Assembly (NCBI GenBank): GCA_023920165.1
Contig: CP089276.1
Span: 806,001-870,000, forward strand
DNA: 64,000 bases
Reading direction: 5' to 3'
Source: Curvularia clavata
Taxonomy: Eukaryota
Shown here: positions 1 to 12,039 of the stretch, one piece after another
Position numbering within the stretch: position 1 is the first letter of the stretch
Layout of the letters: each line of letters starts with the position of its first letter
Translations under genes and position numbers: made by a program
The notes under the pieces: generated by a model
What the model was told of the DNA's origin: nothing
Seen by the model: only the letters and a program-made list of their open reading frames with translations
The model's database searches: none

Positions 1-2160
1 CTCGTGAGTCGGGCTCGCGTTGGTCGGTGACAAGGAAGCGCCAACCACATTGCTCGGTTTCCCGGGACGAGCCAATACATAGCCAAGAGTCCCATCGTTT
101 GAAGAAGTCCAAGACATAACGCTCATATCACTCAGATTGGAATTCGTGCGCTCTGAGCTAGATTTTTCTGGTGATATTCTGCCTGCCGAGTTGAATTGAA
201 GTCGTCCGAGGGAATGACCCCTAATGTGGCCAGGTGCCTCCAGTGTATGCGATGCGGATGTGGCGAGTGGAGTGTCTTCTTGCCAGTTACCTAGCCTTTG
301 TGTGTCCACAGATAGCTCCGGGATTCGCGAATGCTCGCGTACCGCAGCGCTTACCTTTCGTTGCAGTTCAGCCATGCCAGAGGGTCCTGAAATAGGCGAG
401 TGATTGTGAGCTTCCTCTTGGTCGGGTTCCTCCTCAAGTTCGTCAATGGGATGGATTCCGCTCGGACCCCGGGGCGGGCCAACGGCATACACAGGCCTGC
501 CACCTAAACTACGACGTAGTCCACGTGTCGGGCTTGGAATCTCAACGAGCAATCCAGTCCGTTCAACATCTCCACCGCTTGTTGCCTTCCATCCTTGGCC
601 GCCTTGTGCACCAGATGGGAAGTAGTAAGAGCCGTTCTGATCGAGATAGTCAGATGTATCCGGTCGAATGCCTTGGCGGTCAGATACCGGTGCGTAATCT
701 TCAATGTTGTACCGGTGAGTAGTAAATGACAGGTCCTCGAGTTGTTTCTCGCGAATCTGTCTTCTCTTCTGTGACCGCTTTCTGTAGCACATACAAAGAG
801 CGATCAAACCGCCCACAGCCAGAAGACCAATACCTATGCCAACGCCTAATCCTGCTTTCTGTCCGGTTGTTGACAAGAACCCATTCTCCCCAGATGCAGT
901 CGCATTCATAGGGGGAGTGTAATCAGCGATCCAAGTGTTGGATGTGGTGTTGAGAAAGTAAGTTTGAGGATTGAAAGTGGATGAGTCTCTTCGTCGTGAA
1001 CCAGAAGGTGGAATGGAGTATCCTCCGGTAATCATCAGTACACCTCCTGGCAACATGGCAGCACCATGGCCATATAGGCCCGAGCCGGTCGGCAGTCCAG
1101 CGCCGGTGGTAGACGGTATTGTCCACTCCCAATCTCCGTTGCCGCCATAGCCGTCAGCAAGGTTAAGCACAATATGTTGTGGTTCAGCGGGTGTGTCGAT
1201 GTCGCCAACCCAACCACCGATGACGATGATGCTTTGCCCATCCGCACTGAGCACAGCCGTGTGACCAGATCGAGGCTCGACCTCAGTGCTATCGGGCTGG
1301 TGTACAGGAATAAACGTCCAGCCTTGCTCTGGAAGGGAAAAGAGAGCAATCTGTGACATGTTGATGAAGGCAGCACTGGTATGACCACCAATGAGTAGGA
1401 AGTTCTGTTGCTGAATCTGGGTGCCATCTTTGCGATCAGAGTATGTCGGTGACAGACCGGTGATTGTGAAGCCAGCTTCTGGAACAGGCGGTCCGCGACT
1501 TGACGATGTATCCAACTCGTAGTCGAGAGACTGTGTATTTGTGAAGGAAGGCTCAAGAGTAACAATTGAGTTGGAATAGTTTGCCGCAGACTGCCATGTA
1601 CTTGTGGTGTCGCTTGTATTAGGGCACATGCCACCGAATAAGTATGCACCCGTGCTTTCGACGTTTCCTGGTACGATCGACGAGAAGGTCATTCCACCGC
1701 TCAGATAGTTGGCGCCCATGGTATCCGCAGGGGAGCCATCCGCTACTGACACATTCTCCTGCCTCCAACTACCCCTTCCACTGCCATTTGATGTATCTGG
1801 GGCATAAGTCCACAGCTGTGCTCCACCCGCCCCGCGGGAACAATCCCCAGTGTATACGGTCAAGTTTCCGCCATGGTCAATAAGCGGTGTGAACGGTCGC
1901 AGAGTTGTATCGTCAAGAAAAGGTAGGGTGGAGTAGAGTGTGTTGTACGGAAGGTTCGAGGTTGAGAACGGGGCAGACAGATGGATGGTGCTGAGCTGGA
2001 ACTGGGTGGCCGACTTGGACGATGGGCGGAAGACGAAGAGAGTATCGTTGCTCTGGAGGACACGAGTCGGGTTGTAGGGCATCTGGGCTGTGGCGGTCGG
2101 CACGAGCAGCGCTTGGTGGAGCAGCACCAGCACCCAGCGTATCCGTGTCTTGGAGACCAT
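1..2160 (-). CDS. Single-pass membrane protein with signal peptide and extracellular Kelch/galactose-oxidase-like beta-propeller; 3' end lies outside the window
   Basis: Manual translation from ATG 2160 (MVSKTRIRWVLVLLHQALLVPTATAQ...) is open for 720 codons to base 1. Kelch-like GG motifs (YLFGGMC, FLLIGGH, PRSGHTAV..IIVIGGW, LYGHGAAMLPGGVLMITGGY), then a TM helix (AGLGVGIGIGLLAVGGLIALCMCY) followed by RKR and a Ser/Pro-rich tail. Confidence 0.85.
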   Translation of the reverse strand, partial: MVSKTRIRWVLVLLHQALLVPTATAQMPYNPTRVLQSNDTLFVFRPSSKSATQFQLSTIHLSAPFSTSNLPYNTLYSTLPFLDDTTLRPFTPLIDHGGNLTVYTGDCSRGAGGAQLWTYAPDTSNGSGRGSWRQENVSVADGSPADTMGANYLSGGMTFSSIVPGNVESTGAYLFGGMCPNTSDTTSTWQSAANYSNSIVTLEPSFTNTQSLDYELDTSSSRGPPVPEAGFTITGLSPTYSDRKDGTQIQQQNFLLIGGHTSAAFINMSQIALFSLPEQGWTFIPVHQPDSTEVEPRSGHTAVLSADGQSIIVIGGWVGDIDTPAEPQHIVLNLADGYGGNGDWEWTIPSTTGAGLPTGSGLYGHGAAMLPGGVLMITGGYSIPPSGSRRRDSSTFNPQTYFLNTTSNTWIADYTPPMNATASGENGFLSTTGQKAGLGVGIGIGLLAVGGLIALCMCYRKRSQKRRQIREKQLEDLSFTTHRYNIEDYAPVSDRQGIRPDTSDYLDQNGSYYFPSGAQGGQGWKATSGGDVERTGLLVEIPSPTRGLRRSLGGRPVYAVGPPRGPSGIHPIDELEEEPDQEEAHNHSPISGPSGMAELQRKVSAAVREHSRIPELSVDTQRLGNWQEDTPLATSASHTLEAPGHIRGHSLGRLQFNSAGRISPEKSSSERTNSNLSDMSVMSWTSSNDGTLGYVLARPGKPSNVVGASLSPTNASPTHE

Positions 2161-3336
2161 GGTGCATTCACCTCGACGGGCGCAACGAATGTCCCATGAA
2201 GCAGGCCGTCGCTGTCGGTATGAGGGTGTGAGACAGTGGATAGCGACGATGGTAGGTGGGACCAAAGACTGCAGGTGGGAATCCGAGAGTGGACTCAGAC
2301 GAGCAGTTCGCAGTTCATGCACGGGACTGGGACCGACGAGGTGGCTGGCTCCCGGGCGGGTCATCAACATAGGCCCAGCCCGTCAGCCGTCCAGCCCTTC
2401 AAGATTCCAGCCCACCCCTTGAGCCAATTGCGCGATACGTTACCGCAGCACGTCTTTTGCCACGAAGGCGCCTGGTGGCATGTCCAATCATAAGGGTAGT
2501 TGACCCTGCGTTCTGGCGTCTGCCGGCTTGGATTGGTAAACAGGGTCGCGGCCGGTTGCGCGGGGCAACGGCGCTGACGGCTTGCGCGGGCTGACGATGG
2601 TGTCATCGGCATGTGAAGATGGCCCTAACCAAAATCTGGGCAGACGTTTTAAACATGAGTAAGGGAACCAAGAAGACATCAAAGCTCGAGCCATCGAGAA
2701 TGTTGCACGGTTTGGTGATGGAGACATGTACCTACATGGTACAAACAATGCCAGAGCGAGCAAACAACAATCGAAGACGCTGCCAAGACCTCCCACAGAC
2801 GATCCATCCGCCTCCTCGCGCTTAGCATTGACCGGCCTCTCCTCCGCTGCTTTTTCTCCGTATCGCTGTCCTGGCAACAGCGATACTAGCTAGCAAGCCT
2901 CAATCTTCACACTCCTTTTTCTCGTGTAAGCCACACGAGATCGTCAAACACCGCTACACATAGCATGAGGAACGACCAATGATGCATTCACCGATATGTT
3001 TGTTATTCAGCTGCTGCCACAAGACGACTCGTGTCTTCCTTGTTGATTGGCACATACATACACATACATACATACATCTTTCCAGGCCAAGCGACCTGGC
3101 GGCCCATTGCCGCAAACAAATCCCATCAAATAACGCCAGAGCCAGTGGTGATGGATCCTCCATGCACACAATCTGCTTTTCTTTTGAACTGCTCAACGAC
3201 CCATGATGCAGGTTGAACTTTTGGGTATCATAATAACTCATTACACACATTACACGGCAGCATGTTGATATGCTACGCGACGTGACTGTGTTGATGAAAC
3301 ACAGTCACAAACGGGTTGCCAAATGGCACAAGAAAT

Positions 3337-5738
3337 TTAAGCAGAGTGCTTCTCGCGGTAGAACTTGGCAGCGTTGACCATGTTGATCAAGGCGGCCTTG
3401 GTCTCCTTCCACTGGCGAGTCTTCAAGCCACAGTCGGGGTTGACCCAGAGCTGCTCGGGCTTGAGGTAGACCAGCATCTCGGAGATGCGGTCCTTGATCT
3501 CCTGCTCAGAGGGGACACGAGGCGAGTGGATGTCGTACACACCCGGGCCAATGTGGCGGGGGTACGCCTTGTCCTCGAACACCTTGAGCAGCTTGGCATC
3601 ACTCTTGCTGTTCTCAATCGAGAGAACGTCAGCATCGAGCGCCGCAATGGCGTGGAAGAAGTCCTGGAACTCGGAGTAGCAGAAGTGCGAGTGGATCTGG
3701 GTAGAGTCCTGCACACCAGCACACGCAAGCTTGAAAGAGTCGACGGCCCACGAAAGGTACTTCTCGCGCTCAGTGCCAGCACGGAGGGGAAGACCCTCAC
3801 GGAGAGCGGGCTCGTCGACTTGGATGACGTAGATGCCAGCAGCCTCGAGGTCAAGGACCTCGTCGCGGAGAGCGAGAGCAAGCTGTTGGGCCTGCACAGA
3901 CTGGTGAACATCGTCACGGGGGAAGGACCATCGAAGGCAAGTGATGGGTCCAGTAAGCATACCCTTCATGGGCTTCTTGGACACAGAGGCGGCGTACTTG
4001 GACTCCTTGACAGTCATAGGAGCAGGACGCGAGATGTCACCAACGATGATCGGAGGTCGGACACAGCGGGATCCGTAAGACTGGACCCAACCCTTGGTGG
4101 TGAAGACGTAACCGTCAAGGCGCTCACCGAAGTATTGCACCATGTCGTTACGCTCAGGCTCACCGTGGACGTAGACGTCAAGGCCAAGCTCGTCCTGGAT
4201 CTTGACAGTCTCCTCAATCTCCTTCTCAATGAACTTCTCGTACTCCTCAGCAGTGATCTCGCCCTTGGTAAACTTGTTACGCTGGATGCGGATCTCCTTG
4301 GTCTGAGGGAAGGAGCCGATGGTGGTAGTGGGGAAGAGAGGGAGGCTGAGGTGCTTCTTCTGCTGAGCGTATCGCTCAGGGAAGGCAGACTTGCGCTCGT
4401 GCTGCTCAGGGGTGACGCTAGCCTGACGGTCCTTGACGGCCTTGTTGTTGGTGCGCTCAGATGAGGCGCGTGCTTGCATCGACTTAGCGTTGGCCTCAAG
4501 AGCCTCACGAACAGCAGCGGGGCCCTCGTTGACGGCCTTGGCAATGACGACGACCTCAGAGACCTTCTGGACAGCGAAGGAGAACCAGTCCTTGACCTCT
4601 TCGGGCAGCTTCTTCTCGCTGTCGAGAGAGTGGGGAGTGTGGAGAAGGGAGCTGGAGGTAGCAACAAGGACACGGTCCTTGCCGAGCTTCTGGACAGCAG
4701 TCTCGACAAGCTCAATGGCGTTCTTGAAGTTGGTCTTCCAGATGTTGCGGCCGTCAACGACACCAGCAGAGAGCACCTGGTTGGAGCCAAGCTTGCTGAC
4801 GACAGTCTCGAGCTGCTCAGGGTTCCTGACAAGGTCGATGTGGATGCCAGCAACACCCTGGAGGCTGGGGAGGACGTCCAAGTTGTGGACAATGTCACCG
4901 AAGTAGGTGGCAACAACAGCCTTGGGCAGGTTGGCGCCTACGAGCTTCTCATATGCAGGCTTGAAAGCATCCTTGACCTTCTGGGGCAGGTCATAGACGA
5001 GAACAGGCTCGTCAATCTGGACGTACTCGGCACCAGCCTCCTTGAGCTTCTGGAGGAGCTCAACGTATACGGGCAGCAGCTTATCAAGAAGAGAGATGGG
5101 GTCGACAGTCTGGCCACGGTCGGCCTTACCCAGGGCGAGGAAGGAGACGGGACCGACGAGGACGGGACGAGTGACGATGCCAGCCTCCTTGGCCTCGAGG
5201 AACTCAACCACGGGCTTGGGGTTCTCAGCAAGCTTGAAGGTCTGGTTGTCCTGGAGGGTGGGCTTGACGTAGTGGTAGTTGGAGTCGAACCACTTGACCA
5301 TTTCCTGCTTGCGTGTTAGAAACAGATTGGGGATGCAAAGGAGTGTGAGAACGTACCAGACTGGGGACATCGACGCCATCCTTCTGGTGGCCACGGCCCA
5401 TGGCGAAGTACTCATCGAGCTTGTGCAGTCCGTGCTTGGAGTAACGCTCTGGGATAGCCTGCGTCTGTCAGAAAAAGAGGCGGTCAATTGGGGTGTGAGT
5501 CACTTACGTTGAAGAGCTGGATGTGGTCGAGAAGGTGGTCGTAGAAGGCGAAGTCGTTGCTGGGAATGACCTCGACGCCAGCGTCCTTCTGGATCTTCCA
5601 GTGCTCCAATCGGAGACGCTTGCCCTCCTTGAGCAGGTCATCGCGAGAGAGCTTGTCGGCCCAGTAGGCTTCGTTGGCCTTCTTGAGCTCACGGTCCGCT
5701 CCCATGCGGGGGAAACCGAGTACTGAAGAGTGTACCAT
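3337..5738 (-). CDS. MET6: Cobalamin-independent methionine synthase
   Basis: Starts MVHSSVLGFPRMGADRELKK. Three exons: 5738-5508, 5458-5357, 5304-3337. Motifs KWFDSNYHY, PTTTIGSFPQT, HGEPERNDMV, Zn ligands HFCYSE and WVNPDCGLKTR. Confidence 0.97.
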
Positions 5739-6711
5739 TGTGATGTGCGTGTCCAATGCGGACAAAAGCTGTGTAAAAGAAAAAGACGATGGGAAGGAAG
5801 AAGAATGGGATGGAGAGGATGAAGAAGAGGAGGGAAGAGAGATGTAGGAGAAAGAAAGAGTAGGCGGATGGTGTGCTTTATGGTTTTTGCTGGCGTATGC
5901 AATGCAGCGTCGCGGGGTTCACGCTAGTCGCGCCGCGATTCGACGGCCCCCTCACCGCCCTGGCCGTCTGCAGCATCAAGCTCCGCCGCATCTGCCCCCA
6001 ACCGCCAACCGGGACCGTTGGCTGAACAATGCCAAACCTCTCCTGCAACCAGACTCGCCTTTGTCAACCTCTACGGCGAATCACTGCCAGCAGATTCTGC
6101 CATTGCAATCCGACATCGGTGCAATCCACTAGAGCTCCGAGTGCTAGCGTCCTCGACCCCGTGGCAGAAATGCAAGATCAACGCTTTTCGGTGCTTTTCG
6201 GTGACTTTGATGGCACACAGTGGCAGAAAAAGATTGTTTGGTTTTAGCTTGTCACGTTCGGCGACGGCTGCAATCGGTCTCTATCTGGGGCCCATACGGC
6301 ATCCAGCCCTCTGCTGAAGGAAGCTTTGCTTGTCTGGGTATCAAGCGGCTCGCACGCCATTTTCTTCTGACGCATGCCCCCCAGCAGCCATCATCGTTTA
6401 AGCTCAGACCCTGGCGATCACCTCATCTGCATCCGACTCTGCCCCCAAGGACACGCGGAACAATAGCGGACAATTCTCTGCTCCTATAGAAACTGCTGCA
6501 CCTCGCTCCTGCCCATGCTACGCGGCGGATGCCCGACTGAAGGCTTCACCATGATGCGGCGGAAGCTCCGAGCAGCTGGCCTACAGCGCCGTCTCCACAA
6601 CCCCGCATCATGTATAAAACCCCGCCATCAACAGCACGCGCCTGGCCAGAACCATTGTTACCAAGCTCAACCACCTAGTGTACCTGTTTGAACTGTTCAA
6701 AAACCAAAACC

Positions 6712-7664
6712 ATGGCTGAGCGACCATCGCACACGCGTACTGCTTCTACAAATCTTGGCGCTTCCACCCAGCGCATCTTGGAGGGAAGGACAGCCATTGT
6801 CACTGGAGCCTCAAGAGGTACCTACTACTACTTATGTCGCCTTTCTCCTACTAATCTTCGCCAGGAATCGGTGTCGAAATCGCCCGCAACCTCGCCTCCA
6901 AGGGCTGCAACGTCGTCATCAACTACACGTCCGACTCGTCAGCCGAGATTGCCCAAAACCTCGCCTCCGAGATCCAGTCCGAATATGGTGTCAAGGCCAT
7001 CAGCGTGCAGGCGAGCATGGGCTCGGAAAACGGTCCCAAGCACCTCGTAGAAGTCACCAAGAACAACTTCCAGCACCCAAAGTCGGGCAAGTTCCAGCTG
7101 GACATCATCATCAATAATGCCGGAGTGGCTGGGAATAACTATGTCGAGAATGTCGACTGCGAGGATTTCGCGAGGCAATTCAACATCAACGTACGAGGCC
7201 CGCTGCTACTCATGCAAGCTGCCATCCCGTATCTGCCAAACGACCGATCCGGTCGCGTCGTCAACCTGTCTTCTGTCAGCTCCTCGCTAGGATACAAGGG
7301 TCAGTCAATCTATGGTGCCACAAAGGCGGCTCTGGAAAGCATGACACGAACCTGGTCCCGCGAGCTGGCGGAGCGATGTACCGTCAACGCCATCAACCCT
7401 GGACCGGTCGCCACAGACATGTACTGGAGCAATGACGATGCTTTCATTGCGCAGAACAAGCCTTTTATCGAGAACACTCCGTTGGCAGCACCGCGAAAGG
7501 GTATTGACCCAGACAGGATCTACGAGGCTTCTCAGGGTGCGGGAGGACGACCAGGTTACTGCGAGGAGGTTGCTGGTATTGTTGGCATGCTCTGCTTGCC
7601 TGAAGCTGGATGGACCACGGGCAGCGTCATTTGCGCAAACGGTGGCATGAAGTTTACTGTGTAG
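6712..7664 (+). CDS. Classical short-chain dehydrogenase/reductase
   Basis: TGASR-GIG spans intron 6818-6864; NNAG, catalytic YGATK, NAINPG. Confidence 0.93.
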
Positions 7665-8580
7665 ATGAATTAAGTGACTAAGATTCCCAATAGTGTATCC
7701 GAGTAATTTAGTGAATCAAAAGCAACTGCATTTTTGTAGAGCTTGATGCAGGTTCAATCACATGCAAGAACTATAAAAGCCATTAATTTTATTCGGAAAC
7801 GCCCTAGCAATATTCCACAATAAGTATCCCAAATTTGTACTCCGCACCTCTGTTCTTCCACCTGTTCAGTAATATGGAGATAGTTAATCAAAAAGCAATT
7901 TATAGTACGGACCCGCTATCCAAACTGCCCCAGCCCTAGAACATTACCGCCCTTCGCGGTGCTCTACCCTCTAGCACGAAGGAGGCAGGGGTCTAGTACA
8001 GCACATGAATATCTCCAATAGCCTGTGGCCTTAGCCTTTAACAGTGGAGAGTTCTGCAGTGTAGATCTCATGGGCTCGTGCCATGACTCGCAGGCCAGTG
8101 GCAAAGGTAAGTGTGCCGAAGCATGCGCTTTTCGTTATCGTAGATATGGCTAGTTAGTGTGGCCAAGAAGAATCCTGGTCTGTGAGTGATGGTAACCTTT
8201 AAACCCGACGGATATGTTGTGGGTGCTAGTTGTTTCTAGGCTCTGGGTCTAATACTATGGACGTGGAAATATCACCTTTAACAAGAGTGGCGTCACTAAA
8301 AACTTGGTCTCAGTAATTGCGTAAGATTATAATTCATTAATAGGTCTAAAGTAGAGCAACTGAAACCAATTTTACAGGAAAGTTCACGACCAAGTTCAAG
8401 CTTTACCGCATTAAGAAGATGCATAGTTGTTGAAAATCATAATTGATTGATTACCGATCCCTAAGCATTACTCATACATCTGTATCGCAAAATCATAAAA
8501 TACCAAATCCTTGCTTATGCTAACCCATGATGCAATGTTTGTGAAAACACTAACTCCGCGTTTCCTGCAATTCTTTCCAT

Positions 8581-9570
8581 CTATAGAATAGCAATCCTCC
8601 TGACCTGTGGAGCCTGTGCTCTTGGTACATTTACCCGGAGGACGCCGTCCTTAAAGCTCGCGCTTACATTGGCGACGTCGATGCGACTTGGGAATCTGAA
8701 GGACCGTGTGAAGGATCCGTGAACACGTGGTTCTTGTGGCTCCGCGGCTTGTTCTTGTGTTGAGTGAGCTACTGCACCGGATTGTGGCTGGGCAGTTAGA
8801 GCAGTTTCAGTTGTTTCGGGCTCTTCAACGGCCTTCTCCTTGCCCTTTGGCTCCTTTGGCTGAGTGTCCTCGACAGGTGTTGATGGTCTTGACGATACTA
8901 ACGACGAGGACTCGGCGCCAAGGTCTTCAAAGTCATCTTCTACGGTAGCTTGGTATGACTTATGCGACATGGTATCGCTGTCTGGAGTGGCGATTCCCGG
9001 GTTGGTGCTCTCACCCTCAGTGGCTGTCTCTGTCTCTGGCTCATCGTGTGGTGCTTCGATGTTTAGTTCGGTGGACTGCTCAACCGCAGATGTAGATGAA
9101 GACTCGGCCTTCTCCTCAATCTGAGGCAACTTCGGCTCAGCCTCTCGCTGCCACTGAGTGTTTCCGGTAATCTTCAGGGTGTGCTCGTCTGTAACTTCGA
9201 TGGAGATGTTTTCAGAGTCAAAGCCCTGGATGTCTCCCTCAACCTGCCAGCCCTGTTCGCTCTGGTTCACGTCGAATTTGGCGCGAAGTGCACGCTTTCG
9301 CTGTTGTTGTCTTTGACGGTGAGCCTCACGCTGTGCCTCGCGGTGAGCCTCAAGTTGAGCTTGACGTTGTGCTTCGCGGTCGATCTCGCTCAAGAGTTCA
9401 CTGACTTGGCTGAAGAAGTTGCCGTATGGTGAGTACTGTGGACGGCGAGGTTGAGCGCGGTGGACACGGTAGCCATAAGGTGACCGTGCTACTGGAGCGC
9501 AGAAACCCAAAGGGTTGTGTTGGGGTGTGTGGTAAACGGGCGCAAAACTTGGTGTAAGTACGAACGCCAT
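8581..9570 (-). CDS. Small heat-shock protein (HSP20/alpha-crystallin family, Hsp30-like)
   Basis: AKFDVNQSEQGWQVEGDIQG...ISIEVTDEHTLKITG and GSFTRSFRFPSRIDVANVSASFKDGVLRVNVPR; C-terminal IxI motif (RRIAIL). ATG at 9570. Confidence 0.92.
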   Translation of the reverse strand: MAFVLTPSFAPVYHTPQHNPLGFCAPVARSPYGYRVHRAQPRRPQYSPYGNFFSQVSELLSEIDREAQRQAQLEAHREAQREAHRQRQQQRKRALRAKFDVNQSEQGWQVEGDIQGFDSENISIEVTDEHTLKITGNTQWQREAEPKLPQIEEKAESSSTSAVEQSTELNIEAPHDEPETETATEGESTNPGIATPDSDTMSHKSYQATVEDDFEDLGAESSSLVSSRPSTPVEDTQPKEPKGKEKAVEEPETTETALTAQPQSGAVAHSTQEQAAEPQEPRVHGSFTRSFRFPSRIDVANVSASFKDGVLRVNVPRAQAPQVRRIAIL

Positions 9571-9856
9571 TGTTGTAGTGCTTGGTTTGTGAAGCAGGTT
9601 TTCTAGTAAGGGATAGAAAGTAGGGTTTATGATCGGATTTGATGTCAAGTGTAGATGCTAGGTCGGTGTTTCTTGGAACTGATGATGGACCTTTGGGGTG
9701 TCCGTACCCACGCTCTTATAGACATTGCAAGGGTGATAGGGATGAGTCAAGAACTTGGTTGCCTAAGAGAGCGATGATGCTAGAATGGTATGGATGGTTC
9801 GCGATGGTTGTTAATTGATCCATGTTTGTCAGGAAGATGCGTGAACCATCGCGCTG

Positions 9857-9871
9857 GTTCTCGAAGCTTCT
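9857..9871. promoter_or_regulatory. Perfect three-unit heat-shock element (nTTCnnGAAnnTTCn) upstream of the sHSP gene
   Basis: gTTCtcGAAgcTTCt about 290 bp upstream of the ATG; TATAAGAG on the minus strand at 9713-9720. Confidence 0.75.
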
Positions 9872-10635
9872 ACGTCATCATGGCGGATAGAGCCAATCAT
9901 AGCGCACCCATCCGATCTTATCTTATCAATCAGACATACCAAAAACGGAGACCGCCAAGCGTACGAGTAACGAACATTACACTTCGGAACACGTGGTAAG
10001 TCGGTGGTCCAAAGGGAAGTTTGAATCCATCGAGATTTTTCGAAATCATGCAGTTGATGGTACTGGTGTCTGGTGCGATGCAGAACATTGCTGATCCGCC
10101 ACATCCAAGGCACAGCTCACCACATTAGTACGAAACGGAAATTCATAGCAAAGTTGCTTCGTAAATAAGTATTCACATTTATAATCACATTACCCTCATC
10201 TTAGATGTTGAAATGCCGGGGTAAGAGGTGACCACGATGATTCCTGCAGCAATCGCAGTCATTAATCAATTGTCCTCATCTGATTTAATTTAAGAGTCCT
10301 GAAATTGCCAGATTTGGGTGTGTAGCGCGATAAACGAGCATTTTGCCGCGCTCGACTATGTAGGTTGGTACATCCCTATTCTACAAGCCTTGCGGAATGG
10401 AGAGCCAAATACCACATTAGTGGCTCTACTATTCTTCATATTATTTCTAAATTACTACTAGTTATCCTTTCTCAAACAGGTAAGAACAATTCAATCATCA
10501 CAACATCACAGTAATCATGAGGCACATTGTGAGTTTTATGTTAATGTCCATGAAATTCGAGAATATACAACTTGCGTATGCTACCATCAGCATCCACCTT
10601 AGCAAGGGTGGAAATATATACAAGAGAATAGTTAT

Positions 10636-11763
10636 TTAACCGCGAACCAGAGTAAGGCCGTAGGCCGAAAGGATCTCGTTAACGGGCTGGAAGTAGGTAG
10701 TGCCTCCCCTGCTGCAGTCACCGGAGCCACCGGAGGTGACACCCTGGGCCTGAGCACCAGTGTAGAAGGAACCGCCAGAGTCACCGGGCTCGGCGCAGAC
10801 GTTGGTCTGAGTGAGGCCAGTAACACGGCCCTCAGAGTAGGTGACGGTAGCTCCCAGAGAGCGGACAGTGCCGCAGTGGACACCAGTGGTAGAGCCAGAG
10901 CGGCAGATGCTGGATCCAACGGCAGAGGCGGTGCTGCCAGAAACGGGGAGGGAACCACCGCTGTAGTTGTTGATGGTGCCAGAGTAGGTGTTTGAGCTGG
11001 TACCACGAATGTAGCTGTAGTCACCGTTTCCGGGGAAAACGGAGCCGGAGAACGTTCCCAGGGTAGTACCACCGCTGGTGGTAGCAACGGTACCAGCACG
11101 GCCGCAGTGACCAGCAGATACGAAACCAGTGGTGACGGAGAAACCTACAGAGCATCGTCCGCCGCCAATGTAGTATGCATCGCCACCACGAACGGTAGCA
11201 AGAGGGGTGGGCATGTCCTGAACGGTGCGGACCTCGAACTCAGACTCGGTGAGGCCAACCTTCTTGGCCAACTCCTGAGCCTGTGCGGTGCTGCTCTCGA
11301 GGGCCTCAATGACGAGCTTGTTGGCGGCAACATCGACGTAGTATGCGGCAATTCCGTTGGCAGCCTCAGAGCGCTTGCCAGCAGCTGAAGCAATATCCAG
11401 CTTGTCAAGTGCCTTCTGGGCCTCCTGGAGCTTGGAGAGGGGGGTGTCAACAACCAATGCTGTGGCTCCGGAAGAAGTGACCTCAGAGGTCAAGGCCTCG
11501 TCAGTGACGGCGACCTTGAGCTCACCGTCGACGAGCCAGGCACCACCGAAGGAGTTGCCAGCCTTGGTGCGGAGCTGTTCGATGACCTCAGTGGCCTGGA
11601 TCTCCCGTGCAACACGGGCGTGGGCCTGCTCAGCATCAAGTCCCAAGTCGCGCTTCATGGCAGCCAGGATCTCGGGGTGGAGGCTGTTGGCAGTCGTGGT
11701 AGGGGCACCGTAGACGATGGGCAGAAAGACTGCCAGAGCAGTAAGGAATTTGGTGAGCTCCAT
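10636..11763 (-). CDS. Secreted chymotrypsin-clan serine protease, alpha-lytic protease/streptogrisin type, with pro-domain; intronless
   Basis: Signal peptide MELTKFLTALAVFLPIVYG; pro-region 'AAMKRDLGLDAEQA'; mature part GGDAY..RCSVGF, SAGHCG (His), NGDY (Asp), CRSGSTTG, CAEPGDSGG (Ser), GVTSGGSG. Confidence 0.93.
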   Translation of the reverse strand: MELTKFLTALAVFLPIVYGAPTTTANSLHPEILAAMKRDLGLDAEQAHARVAREIQATEVIEQLRTKAGNSFGGAWLVDGELKVAVTDEALTSEVTSSGATALVVDTPLSKLQEAQKALDKLDIASAAGKRSEAANGIAAYYVDVAANKLVIEALESSTAQAQELAKKVGLTESEFEVRTVQDMPTPLATVRGGDAYYIGGGRCSVGFSVTTGFVSAGHCGRAGTVATTSGGTTLGTFSGSVFPGNGDYSYIRGTSSNTYSGTINNYSGGSLPVSGSTASAVGSSICRSGSTTGVHCGTVRSLGATVTYSEGRVTGLTQTNVCAEPGDSGGSFYTGAQAQGVTSGGSGDCSRGGTTYFQPVNEILSAYGLTLVRG

Positions 11764-12039
11764 TGTCAGGGTTGTGAAGATATCACAGAAAAGACAGAAA
11801 GTCAATGTTGTAGTGGCTGGATCGTAGGAAGTTGTAGTTGCTGCCCTGATGAAGCATTCAGTAGAATCACACGTACATATTTATACCTGCTCCAACTCTG
11901 CCTTCATGACCTGCATGACGCCATAGTCCTGTCTGTCTAAGATGGAGTCTTAGATTGCAGTGACTGCTGCTCAATGTCTCCTTCCTCATCCGCCACAATC
12001 TGGTTTTACAAACTGCAACAGTATCGGAAAGGTAATCCC

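Noticed and set aside
2613..2825. Short ORF starting MALTKIWADVLN, reminiscent of a carrier-protein helix
   Set aside because: No phosphopantetheine Ser motif and no supportable gene model.
3051..3077. (CATA)n microsatellite downstream of MET6
   Set aside because: Ordinary short simple repeat.
3316..5319. Long + strand ORFs (382 and 281 aa) antisense to MET6
   Set aside because: Shadow frames expected from strong codon bias; no domain motifs.
5496..5502. TGACTCA (Gcn4/CpcA-like) in MET6 intron 1
   Set aside because: Overlaps the GTAAGT donor, so it is partly explained by the splice consensus.
6183..6202. GCTTTTCGGT tandem duplication in the MET6/SDR divergent promoter
   Set aside because: Only two 10-bp copies; cannot be assigned to a factor.
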